From contig NW_014040406.1 in assembly GCF_001186125.1 (NCBI RefSeq), positions 1 through 40,751 on the forward strand: a stretch of 40,751 nucleotides of DNA. Reading direction: 5' to 3'. How positions within the stretch are numbered: the first letter of the stretch is position 1; the number at the start of each line of letters is the position of its first letter. Below, piece by piece: positions 1 through 11,464 of the stretch. The notes beneath the pieces were generated by a model, which saw only the letters and a list, made by a program, of their open reading frames with translations, had not been told where the DNA came from and made no database searches. This DNA comes from Sphaeroforma arctica JP610 (lineage: Eukaryota). Both the position numbers and the translations under genes were made by a program.

Positions 1-48
1 ATATATTTATATATATATATATATTATATATTTATATATTTATATATT

Positions 49-144
<96 letters not shown>

Positions 145-175
145 GGTGGGTGTGTGTGTGTGTGTGTGTGTGTGA
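1..175. repeat. (TA)n/(TG)n microsatellite, intronic
   Basis: Dinucleotide runs seen directly; they lie downstream of the 428 splice donor of the thioredoxin reductase gene. Confidence 0.95.
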
Positions 176-428
176 TTCGATGTATGGGATACCAATAGTA
201 ATACCAAATTCAAAGACTTCTTCCGTTGTATCTGGTATCAAATCCATGTATGCCCTAGAAACAGTTACAGTATATTAAGGGAAACCTCATCTTGTTACCA
301 TCATATGTCTTCGTGAACACTTCGAATGTATGTGTGATACTATCCATATTACAGCAACAACTTATGAAAAGTAAATATTTGCCCTTTGGAGATTCCTTTC
401 ATTACACAAGGTCAGGTCATGAACATAC

Positions 429-612
429 CTGGAGCCACACCCCCTGCGAAGAACCCTTCGAACAGAACTGGCTTCAATTCAGCGCGAGCTGCATACACAG
501 CTGCTGTGTGTGCAGCAGGTCCACTGCCTATGATAGCCACGTGTGTGCGTTCAAGGAACACAGGAGGTTTGGGTATTTTGGACAAGCATCTCAGCACATG
601 AGTGACCTTCAT
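429..612 (-). CDS. TRR1: Thioredoxin reductase (low-MW, TRR1/trxB type), first coding exon; remainder probably lies left of the window
   Basis: Translation ...[40 protein letters not shown] matches the FAD-binding N-terminus of fungal/plant/bacterial TrxR ([12 protein letters not shown]). It ends at a CAG|GTATGT donor (intron starts 428) just before the expected GGQL motif. Confidence 0.88.
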
Positions 613-2509
613 TGTCTAAGTTACAGGCTGTGTGTGTTTCTGAACGTCTATGGCTCATGCGCGAGAAACTTGAGTGGTAAATACGCAAATCTTGGTCGAA
701 GATGGAAAAACGACTAAAATACAAACCTCGCAGAGAAGGGGTGAGCTATAAGCAGCTGGGCCCAGTAGACTGCAGAGGGCAGGTGGCTGGGGATGTACTG
801 TAAAAAAGAGGTTGTTCTTATTTATGTGTGTATTTATTTATTTATTTTTTAATAAAACAAAAACAAAAATTTAAATAAGCCTTCTTTTTGGGGCCATTGA
901 AGGTGTTCTTTTTTCTATTTATATCGATATGTAGTTCTAATTTATTTTTATAAATATTGTATGTATAATTGTATCCCCCCCCCCCCCCAAAGCATAACCT
1001 GCAAGTTGTACTGAACTTTATTCAATTTTAATACCGACGCGAGCCAGGAAGCCAGCTGACAAGTAACTTTTTTTTTTAAACAAAAGAACAAACGCATCTC
1101 AGCCATCTGTCTTTGCTTTTTATTTCAAAAGCAACCCTTTTTTTAAAAACAATATAAAGTACAGTACATGTACAGTACATACATAGTTTGTATTTTTAAT
1201 TTGTTTTAAAAAAGAAGGCAATGTTCATAAATATTTATATAAAAATACAAACTGTAATTTTTTAAATGTGTTTTTTCTAAAATATACTCTTTTGTTTTCA
1301 AAAATATCAATTATGTATGTATTTATGTACGGAACATAGCCTCCCCGCCCCCAGGACTCAGGCCAGGCTCATCTCAGGCCCCTCATCTCCCCTCTAAGAA
1401 AAAAAAGTCAAGTAGGAGAGGGGGCTATGAATCTAAATATATATATTTTTTTAATGTTTATTGGTGCAATGAAGGCTATGTTTTACTTTTTTAGGTTAAA
1501 AATAGTATTCGAATAGTAGAGTCAGAGGGCGCTGTCGCTCAGGAGTCAGGACTCCCCAGAGCATGAGAATTGAGAGCGACCTCTTGACTCTTTCTCCTTT
1601 TTTTTTAATGTTCATTTGTAAATTTGGGGGGTGGTTTTTTGTTAAAAATAACAAATACTAAAATCGAGAGAGTATTCAAAAATACTCCGAATATTTACTA
1701 CTAATCATAAGGTAGACTGACTCTCTACTGCTGAATACTATATTCCAAATATGGCATGTCAACCTTTGGCGCGCATTTACTTTTGTTTTTTATGTAATAA
1801 AAAACAATTGTGTATGTAATTACTTCAATTTACTCAACAATATTGACTACACGAGTAGCGTAATCACATCCACAGTCAAGTATTGACACAGCTTTTAAAT
1901 GGCCTTATGTATCAGGCCGACAAGTCTAGCGATCATGGGAATATCCTGAATATGTATCTCAGCAGGGAAAGCTGCACTCAGCCGGGAGTCTTTGTTCTGT
2001 CAACAATGGTACACTGTCCAACCGATAGAGTCAACTCTCGAGTTCTAATTTAGTGTTAGAATTTAGTCTGGCATATATAAAATATGTAGGCATCGAAAGA
2101 TATTTCTGATGTGTGTGTTTTATTTGCACCTGTGGATAAGAGAACTGCACGCCTGGGCTCCCCACTGCATTGTATTTGGGTGTTTTGGTGCAACTAAAGC
2201 ATTCTACACACACGTGTTGCTATTCGATCACAACATAGGCGCAGGCGCACCTCAATCGGCACATAAAGACACACTCTGCACATCAGAGGTCCAGTGAGCT
2301 TGCTGTCTTTGTCGGTGTCGCCAGCGAACACGTTCTTCGGTTCTGTGGCGTCAGCGTGACGCTGTATTACCCCGGAGATAGTACATTCGTCCACGAAAGG
2401 CTTATCCCACATGAGTGTGTGTATCGTCAGCTGAATCAAATGCACTCTAGTTACGAACTGAGCGCTTGTTGGTATATGTCGTGGTTGTGAATTTCGATTC
2501 TGACTTAAT

Positions 2510-2591
2510 CTATAGCTTCATATCATGCCGAATGTGTTCACTTGTGGTCCCAGAGACTGGCGGCACTGGGGCGGATTTGTTCGCCATGGTT
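2510..2591 (-). CDS. Possible terminal exon of the DUF389 gene
   Basis: TTGCAG acceptor followed by phase-0 NHGEQIRPVPPVSGTTSEHIRHDMKL*, compatible with the phase-0 donor at 4737. No homology support; other 3' exons are possible. Confidence 0.3.
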
Positions 2592-2847
2592 CTGCAATTA
2601 AGACGTGTTTATGCCAAGTTTAGGATATGTAACCGTAGTGCTCTGACCACACACACTGTTTTCTCTTCGGATCTCGCGATCAAATATGTAATCGGATGAG
2701 ATATATGAAACATCACTTTGCAAATGTGCAATCCTTCACTGACAGAAGTACATTTAATTCGGTTTCTTGATCACTTGAGCTGGGATCACTATCCTTAGAA
2801 AAATGACAGTGTATTATTATAGAGGTACAAAGAATTTATCGGAGCTC

Positions 2848-3225
2848 GAAGTGTGTCATAGCAGTCAGCCTGCTCATATACATTAATCACAGTATACACG
2901 TAACACATGTACACTGTTTGGAAGTGTATCATAGCAGTAATCCTACTCATATAGACAAATCACAATACACACACGAAATACGTGCACTGCATCAAGTGCG
3001 TCCTAGCAGTCAACCTACTCATATACACTAATCACAATACACACACAAAACATGTTATACATCAATCACAGTATACACACGAACCAGGAGCACTGGCCTA
3101 CTCATATACATTTAAGCACAGTACACACACGAAACATGTACATCAATCACAGTATACACATGAACCAGGTGCACTGGCCTACTCATATACATTTACCCAC
3201 ACGAAACATGTGCAATGCATGTATG
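2848..3225. repeat. Degenerate ~70-bp minisatellite
   Basis: Recurrent ...agcagtca.cct.ctcatataca..aatcaca.tacacacacga.acatgt units, including a near-exact duplication at ~3035-3120 / ~3124-3195. Confidence 0.8.
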
Positions 3226-3364
3226 ACGGTGTATATTCATAGCGCATAAAGTACCACAACGCCTTTAGAGGCACACGCGTATCGTCTCCGCAGAATACCA
3301 TTGATTTCCTATTGGTGTTAAACCTGACCCATACGCACATACACCTGTGATAGTATAAACTCGC

Positions 3365-4725
3365 CGCACACGACACTAGTGAGTATTCGGCAATCCACTG
3401 AGTGTAAATCAAGCACTCACAACACACGACACAAGTGAGTATGTATATCACAATCCACTGAGTATAAAGCAACCACTCAAAACACACAACACAAGTAAGT
3501 ATGTATCTCACAATCCACTGAGTATAAAGCAACCACTCAAAACACACAACACAAGTAAGTATGTATCTCACAATCCACTGAGTATAAACAACCGCTCACA
3601 GCACACGACAAAGGAAGTACGTATATCACAGTCCAATGAGTATACTACAACCACTCACACAACACGACACAAGTAAGTATATCATAATCCACTGAGTATA
3701 AAACAACCACTCACAGCACACGACACAAGTAAGTATGTATATCACAATCCAATGAGTATAAAACAAGCACTCACAACACACGACACCAGTGAGTATTCCG
3801 TAATCCACTTAGTATAAAACAATCACTCATAGCACACGACACAAGTAAGTGTGTATATCACAATCCACTGAGTATAAAACAAGCACTCCCAACACACGAC
3901 ACAATTAAGTATGTATATCACAATCCACTGAGTATAAACAACCACTCACAGCACACGACACAAACAAGTTTGTATATCACAATCCACTGAGTATAAAACA
4001 AGCACTCGCAACACACTATACAAGTAAGTATGTATATCACCATCTACTGAGTATAAACAACCACTCACAGCACACGACACAAACAAGTTTGTATATCACA
4101 ATCCACTGAGTATAAAACAAGCACTCGCAACACACTATACAAGTAAGTATGTATATCACCATCCACTGAGTATAAAACAGCCACTCACAGCACACGACAC
4201 AAGTATGTATATCATAATCCACTGAGTATGAAACAAGCACTCACAACACACGACACCAGTGAGTATTCCGCAATCCACTGAGTATAAAATAACCACTCAC
4301 AGCACACGACACAAGTAAGTATGTATATCACAATCCAATGAGTATAGAACAACCACTCACAACACACGACACCAGTGAGTATGCTTTTCACAATACAATG
4401 GCTATAGAAAAACCACTCACAGCAAACGACAGAAGTATGTATGTATTTTACACTTCACTTGGTATTAAACAACCACTCGCAACACACAGCCCAAGTAAGT
4501 ATGTATTTCACAATCCACTGACTATAGAACAACCACTCACAACACACGACACAAGTAAACAAGTTAGCATGTATTCCGCAATACACTGAGTATAAAATGA
4601 GCACACACAGCACACGACACAAGTAAGTTTGTATATCACAATCTACTGAGTATAAAGCAACCACTCACAGCACAGACCCAAGTCAGTATGTATATCACAG
4701 TCCAATGAGTATAAAACAAGCACTG
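3365..4725. repeat. ~59-60-bp tandem minisatellite, roughly 22-23 copies, intronic
   Basis: Unit approx. acaatccactgagtataaaacaaccactcacagcacacgacacaagtaagtatgtatatc, repeated head to tail. Confidence 0.95.
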
Positions 4726-4737
4726 GCACCGGGTTAC

Positions 4738-7700
4738 CTGTCTGCGCACTAGGCTCTCGCCCGTTAACAATGAGGATCCCATGTTGGGGTCGTATGTGGG
4801 CATGTTCAGCCGAGTATTAGAGGGACGGTACGCCATCAGTTCGCCAATAGACAGCCCGTGCATCTCTCTGGCTGCCGATTGGGCCGACTGAGGGGCTAGA
4901 CCCACAGGCATAGAGTTGGAGATACCCTGTGGATGTGGGGTGCGGGATATCGGTGGCGTACAGGCGGGGAGTGTAAATAGGTATCAATTGCGTGTGAACC
5001 ATGCGTGTGAGATATATTGTATATGAATTGTATACTATCGTCCATTGTACTAAAGCTATATAGCTAATCTCTCACCGGGATATGCGCTGCGTTTAACTTC
5101 CGTATTGTGCTGCATCTACTTTACTGGGGTAAGCTTGAACTTATGCTTCAAAGTTCAACTACTATAATGCTGATACCACTCACTTATTATGGGAGTGCTA
5201 TCCGAGCACACATATATATGTAACTACAGAGCCGTGTCAATAGCCTAGACGGTTGAGATGCCTTGAAGATGGGGAACGTGCATACCGTGAGGCCAGATGT
5301 AGATATAAGAAAGCAACGAAGTGTACAGCCACTCGTTTGGATATCAGCCCACCTCTGTAATACTTTCCACAAGATTTTGATGATTAATATATCGCTCGAC
5401 AAAACACACACCGTAGTCACCTCGTATACATTATCTTCTGTCCTTTACACTTAATATTGACTTCACAGCAGTGAGTGTAACACGCACACACGAACGTCAT
5501 CTCGAATACATTATCTTCTTACTTGAAAACTTACCATTGACTTCACAACAGAGAGTGCAACATACACGAAAGTCACCTCGTATATATTATCTTCTGCCCG
5601 TTAAACGTACCATTAATTCCACAGCTGTGAGTGTAACATACACACGAAAGTCATCTCGTATAAATTATCCTCTGCCCGTTAAACGTACCATTGATTTCAC
5701 AGCTGTAAGTGTACCATACACACGACAGTCATCTTGTATATACTACCTTCTGTCCTTACACTTACCATGGACTTGACAACCGTGAGTGTGTTTTTGCTTT
5801 CGGGTGCCACTGCGTCCATTTTGTTGTGTGCGTGTGAGTATCGTCGTAGGGGCTCAATCATCGCTCTGAAGTCGCGCGCAAGGTCTTCGGCCGCCTCACC
5901 CTGGTGTCACAAATTTGAGCGCAGTTGAGTGCTTTGTAGTAGTACATAGTACCAGGTGCTTTCAAGGCATATATATATATATATATATGAGTGTGTGTGT
6001 GTATATGTATCTGTATCTGCATCTGTATCTGTATCTGTATCTGTATCTGTATCTGTATCTGTATCTGTATCTGTATGTGTATGTATATGTGGATGTGGAT
6101 GTGTATGGGTATGTGTATGTTTTTGTGTGTTTGTGTGTGTGTGTATGTGTGTGTGTGGAATATATATACATATACCAAGTGATATTGTCGGTAGGTTTTC
6201 TCAGTGGATTACATCAGGAAGTTTGTATCCCAGGGCGGTACAGGTAATACGTACTCTGCATATTTCTCTGCAGGTGCAAACTCTGATGGTATGAAAGTCC
6301 AGACCCTGGGTTGATACATACTATAATATCAGTATGTATGACATTGCAGATAGTTAGAGAAAGCGAATAGACGACAAATTCCTTCTCCCTCACCAACTGG
6401 TGGACGTACTCACAAGATGAATGCGTGGAACTTACAACTGATGTTTCTACGTGGGAATCGAATTGCAAGGGTGTTGTGTTATTGCGTGCTATGTCAACGT
6501 ATAGCAGGCACATGCTATATTGGGCCTGGCTACACGTACTAGAGTACTACACTTCCGTATGCGAGCACAGCCTTATGCATCCCTCGCTCACGTTTACATC
6601 AATTGAGCATAACCTACACACAGAATAACTCATACACATACGCGCACATACCTTGACTGTTTCGTTCGCGCTTCTCTGCGCCTGCACCGCACTCTTCCAG
6701 AAGTCCGTCTTACCAGGGATAGGCGCAACCTCTTTAATCTTAAACATCAGCAACCCCATCAAGTATATACACACGATATTAATTACCGTCAGCAGGAAGC
6801 TCCATGCGCCCAGTAATGCCATCTCCGCACCGTCGACCGGGTTTGCTGGGTTGGCCAAAAACGGCCCTACGATTGCATACGCCCACAGAATACCAGCATT
6901 GACTGCCGGGGGCAGTAGGGAGGCTGAGATGGCCACACCTACGAGTGAGGATGTGTTGTTTCCTAATATAGACAGCGCTACTCCCGCACCCGACGGGATA
7001 GCGATGGTGATGGAGACCAAACACGCCTGCCACGTGCCGCGTGAGGACATCTCATTGGTGGGCCAACCCCACGAGTCGTAGCCCAGTGTACAGAACACTA
7101 AGCCGATGATGAAACCTGTGACCACGCACATGAGAAGGGAGACACACTCCATGAGGAAGCCGTGGCGCACCATCTTCCAGTCGAGGATGATAGACCCAAA
7201 GGTGAAGGCCAGGATGGGCCCCATGATGGGAGAGATAAGCATAGACGCTACTACGGCCACCACACTGTTGTGCACACAGAGGGGTGAGAGTTGTTTTCGG
7301 TGAGGATTGGGGCGGATGGGATAATGAGTTGTTGGTGGCGAACTCGGAGTTGCGTATGATTGAAATGTGATCCCGTAAACGTTAAGGACTGTTCTTTGCA
7401 ATGGTATACTCCTACTTAAACGGCAATTGTAACACGCCAATCGCATGCAATGCAATTTGTGGGGGAACACTCGCGTACCTGTTTGTGGCTAACCCCATTC
7501 CTGCAACAAACCCGGCGATAACCACCAACGACAAATAATCGAAGGTCATAGCTGCACCAGCTTCCACCTGAGCGAGTACCTTCTCCATCACCAAACGGGA
7601 ACGGACGCTTTCCTGTGTGAGTTTTGTATTGGACAGACAAAGTCGGTGTAGTGATTCGCAAGATATTTGTATGGTGTTGTGGACCGAAGTGTTGTTGAGT

Positions 7701-8650
7701 CCTCTGTGTGTGTATCATGATTCCGTTTTGTGACTTGGCAGTATGCTGACCAGATGCAACTTCTGCACACTCTCAAGTTATCTGGTAACAAGGTCAAGCT
7801 GTGATGCAGTCCACTTTCGGAGGAAGATGGTTTGCTTTATTATTAGTGTGTGCATAAAAACGAAGCCCTTCAATGCTATAAACCCTAAACCCTAACACAG
7901 CTCTCGTTGCACGCACATGCTAATAGACTATCCAAAGCAGCGGCGACCGTAGATACGGCCTGCGAATGACATATACAAGTTGATCCCTATCTCGTAAAAA
8001 ATATTTAGGTTATACATTAACCAATTGTATATTCTACATACATCAACGTGACCTACCATGAATTTGCCGCCTTTTCGGCTATTGTCGTCTTCGACCACAG
8101 CTGCGAAGGGACGTGACAGCTCAATGGGGATCACTTGCACTGTGCCATAGTCCCCACCCACCCCAATGGAAAGTAGCTTCTCCATCACATGCTCCACTCT
8201 GTTTAGTCAGAGTATGTGTGTAGTCTAAGATGATGAGCTTGCAGCATCGAATCATATCATATTTGGTATACGGCATGTAAAGATACGAAGTCTGTGGATG
8301 TTTGCTAGTCAATTGGCTTATTTCATATGCGGATGGTGGAGGATTAGAAGCCTGCCTGTAGCATTTCGTCGACAGAACTTAAACTCTGCAACGATCATAA
8401 ATATCATCCCGGAACATGCTTGTGTTGGCGAGCAGTATAGCAAATAAATACTCGTTATTCAATACAAGCGTATGGTTTTTGAGATAAACCTGACCAGTAC
8501 ATGTGCTGGAATGCTTTACGCCAATAACTCCTTGGTAGACATTTCGTCCACAGTTGATGATATCTCATCCATAGGGTTTAGTTTGTGGACTAACTTCTTG
8601 TGAGAAAAGGTGTGATTGATATATATATATATATATATACATATATTATT

Positions 8651-8720
<70 letters not shown>

Positions 8721-8773
8721 NNNNNNNNNNNNNNNNNNNNTATTAGTTAGTTAGTTATTGTTATTAGTTGTTA

Positions 8774-8837
<64 letters not shown>

Positions 8838-8838
8838 G

Positions 8839-8901
<63 letters not shown>

Positions 8902-9953
8902 AAGAAGATCTGTGTAAAGCTATACAAACAGACACACACACATACTTGTTGGCATCGCAAGGGAATTGCGCGATGTACTTCTTTCCTTTCAGCCCTTGCA
9001 CCCAAGTGGCCGTTATTTTCAAGTCATTGAGCACATCGTTCAGCAATTCGCTCACGTCGACCTGTTGAATGTTATATATAACAAAACAATATAAAACAGA
9101 ATTTCACGCACGTGCTCGTGAGCATGATACTCTGAAAGACGATAGTATATAGTGGAATGATATGTCCTTATATAAATGTCCTTAATATGAGACGCTGCTT
9201 AATATTCTGCAACGAGGCAAGGAATACCTGGTCCGTCCAGTCAGAGTCGCATATTCCCGCATTATGGTACACTGCCTTTAGCTTGGGTTAACATATTGAG
9301 CACACGCCCAGGCTACCATCTCATATTTTCTACGCACATCCAATCCTGAGATTGTCCCTCCCGCATTTAGTCATTTGCAACTCACCTCAAAACCCGAGTT
9401 TTTCCGCTTCTGGCGACTGCTCTCCTCTTGTTGTCGTAAAACTTCCGATGCCATGCGTACCGCTTTCTTCTTGGTCTCTTCTGTGCTCGGAGGTGCATCC
9501 TCCGCTAAGTCCGACTTGACAGATGGCGTAAACAGGCCCTGCATTTGCCTCTCTACTTCAATCATAGAGCTGCCCGACACGGTAGACAATCAATTGGTGA
9601 GCATCTACACTATGCATGTGTATGTGCTGAGAAGTCCTAAATAGTAAGCACCTATACTATGCATGTGTGTGTGTGCTGACGAGTACTCGGATTAGGATTT
9701 AGGTCAAGAATTCACATACTAAACATTGCATTCAAGGAATAGGGAAAATAATTGTTACTAATCATGGATACCTGTATATACAAAAGAGTTAGATTATCGA
9801 AACAAAACAATATTCGTACAATCGTGAATTACCAAAGGGGTTTGTATGTGTTGGATTAAACAACATTCGTACAAATGTGAAGTATTACTGTTTCATTAGT
9901 CAATAGTTGTTTGAGTACTCATAATTTACGGATATGTGATACGTAGCAACACC

Positions 9954-10011
<58 letters not shown>

Positions 10012-10110
10012 CATATATATATATATAGCTATATATATGTGTGTGTGTGTGTGCGTGTATATATACAAGTGTGTGTATATATCTATATATACATGTGTAT
10101 GTGTGTGTGC

Positions 10111-10165
<55 letters not shown>

Positions 10166-11464
10166 AAGTGTGTGTATATATATGATTAGACTGAAAAAGC
10201 ATACATACAACACATCGCAGAACAACTTTTATGATCTACGGTCCAAATTTAAACGCAGTTCAGAGCTAAGACTGGAGGGATTTGTGCACCTACATGTAAA
10301 TATGTCTGCGTGCCACGCTCCGTAAACAAGCATATTTGAAGCAAAAATAAGTATACGTATTACGCATATCGTGGGCGTATACAAATCTACAGGTGTTTTG
10401 ATGTTTATTATATTGATAAATGAGCCCATCAACGAAAATGAAATCACAAAATGATTCTAAACACTGACACCAGCAATAAAAGAAATACGGTATACATACA
10501 TAAATGATTACTCGAGTTTTCGTAACCTAGACAGAAAACTTTATATTCGTACTTGATCATCCAAACTAGGATACGTTTATCCAAGTGATCAATAAAACGA
10601 CATGTACAAGCAATGATGTGTACGAGCAGAATCTATGTGATTCTATACTTCTGTACACTCGTATGTGTGTCTTATTTGAAACATCCTCATCAAAATATGG
10701 AAGAACTGTGCAAGTCTCTCCGAGTGTGAGATTTATTTTTCGTATAGGATTGACAAGGGACTCGTATAGATAATACGATTGAGAAACAACTGTATACAAA
10801 ACGTGTTTATATGCATACAGAACAGCTAAATAGATAACTATATATGCAGTTCAAACATAACGTTCATATAGATACAAAACACCATTGAACACTGTGTTTC
10901 GATGACTGTATACACTATATATGTTTAAAACACCATTAAACACTATATTTCGATGACTGTATACACTATGTATGTTTTGATGACGCATATAGATACACTT
11001 TGACCAACATTGAGCTCTACTAGATAAACATTCTATGAATAAAGACGAAAGCCAACCAAGACAGTAGAATATGATAAGACTTTCACTGGAATCACTTAGG
11101 CGTACACTTGCGTTTAAATCAAGCACTATTGAAATCTATTGAGGGTATATATAAATTAAAGCCCATATTAATAAAATCGTTTTACTTACGGTCTTCCTCC
11201 TGTCGTGACACTATCTACGTCACTATCCACATTGATGGTAGTCTGTATCACAGGTACGTCAATAACTACTTCGTCGTATAAGCTTGAGTCTTCATTCTCT
11301 TCTTTGATGCAAGAAGTCATTGAGCCTTGCATACCAAACATAGGCTTACTGGAGTGAGACTGCCTGCCCATATTCGGATTTATTGTATCGTTCAGCTCAT
11401 ATACTGTACCGGACGTCTGCAGACGTACGCCACAAGGAATAGTCACGATATACAGAAACGACAT
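4738..11464 (-). CDS. DUF389 (TIGR00341-like) multi-pass membrane protein, spliced
   Basis: Phase-compatible GT-AG exons at 11190-11464 (or acceptor at 11416), 9386-9569, 8946-9061, 8057-8198, 7479-7612, 6652-7264, 5766-5900 and 4738-4926. The spliced core reads ...TFDYLSLVVIAGFVAGMGLATNSVVAVVASMLISPIMGPI...EMSSR...IAIPSGAGVALS...SSLVGVAISASLLPPAVNAG, which is the DUF389 signature. Start codon and last exon are uncertain. Confidence 0.85.
5405..5790. repeat. ~78-bp tandem repeat (5 copies) spanning an exon/intron junction
   Basis: On the - strand each unit is about acactcacNg.tgtgaa.tcaatg|gtaagt/gtacgt...gatgact.tcgtgtgt; the rightmost unit contains the real exon end (5766). Confidence 0.85.
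5968..6175. repeat. (TA)n, (TGTATC)n and (TG)n simple repeats
   Basis: Seen directly. Confidence 0.9.
8619..8900. repeat. (TA)n / 20-N assembly gap (8721-8740) / (TTAG)n / (TG)n
   Basis: Seen directly; lies within a DUF389 intron. Confidence 0.95.
9954..10182. repeat. (TA)n/(TG)n microsatellite
   Basis: Seen directly. Confidence 0.9.

Noticed and set aside
292..717. + strand ORFs overlapping TRR1 (likewise 6653-7081 over DUF389 and antisense ORFs over pol)
   Set aside because: They are antisense shadows of recognised coding sequence.
3365..4725. CRISPR-like regular array
   Set aside because: The whole unit repeats with no unique spacers, there are no cas genes, and it lies in a eukaryotic intron.
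7880..7896. Telomere-like aaccctaaaccctaa
   Set aside because: Only two units, intronic; compatible with chance.
8741..8836. (TTAG)n next to the N gap as a possible telomere
   Set aside because: It lies inside an intron of a gene whose exons continue in phase on both sides.
10875..10970. 51-bp two-copy duplication (similar small ones near 9600-9680, 13605-13680, 16697-16756, 23030-23085, 25763-25794 and 34511-34546)
   Set aside because: Ordinary local slippage duplications with no further structure.
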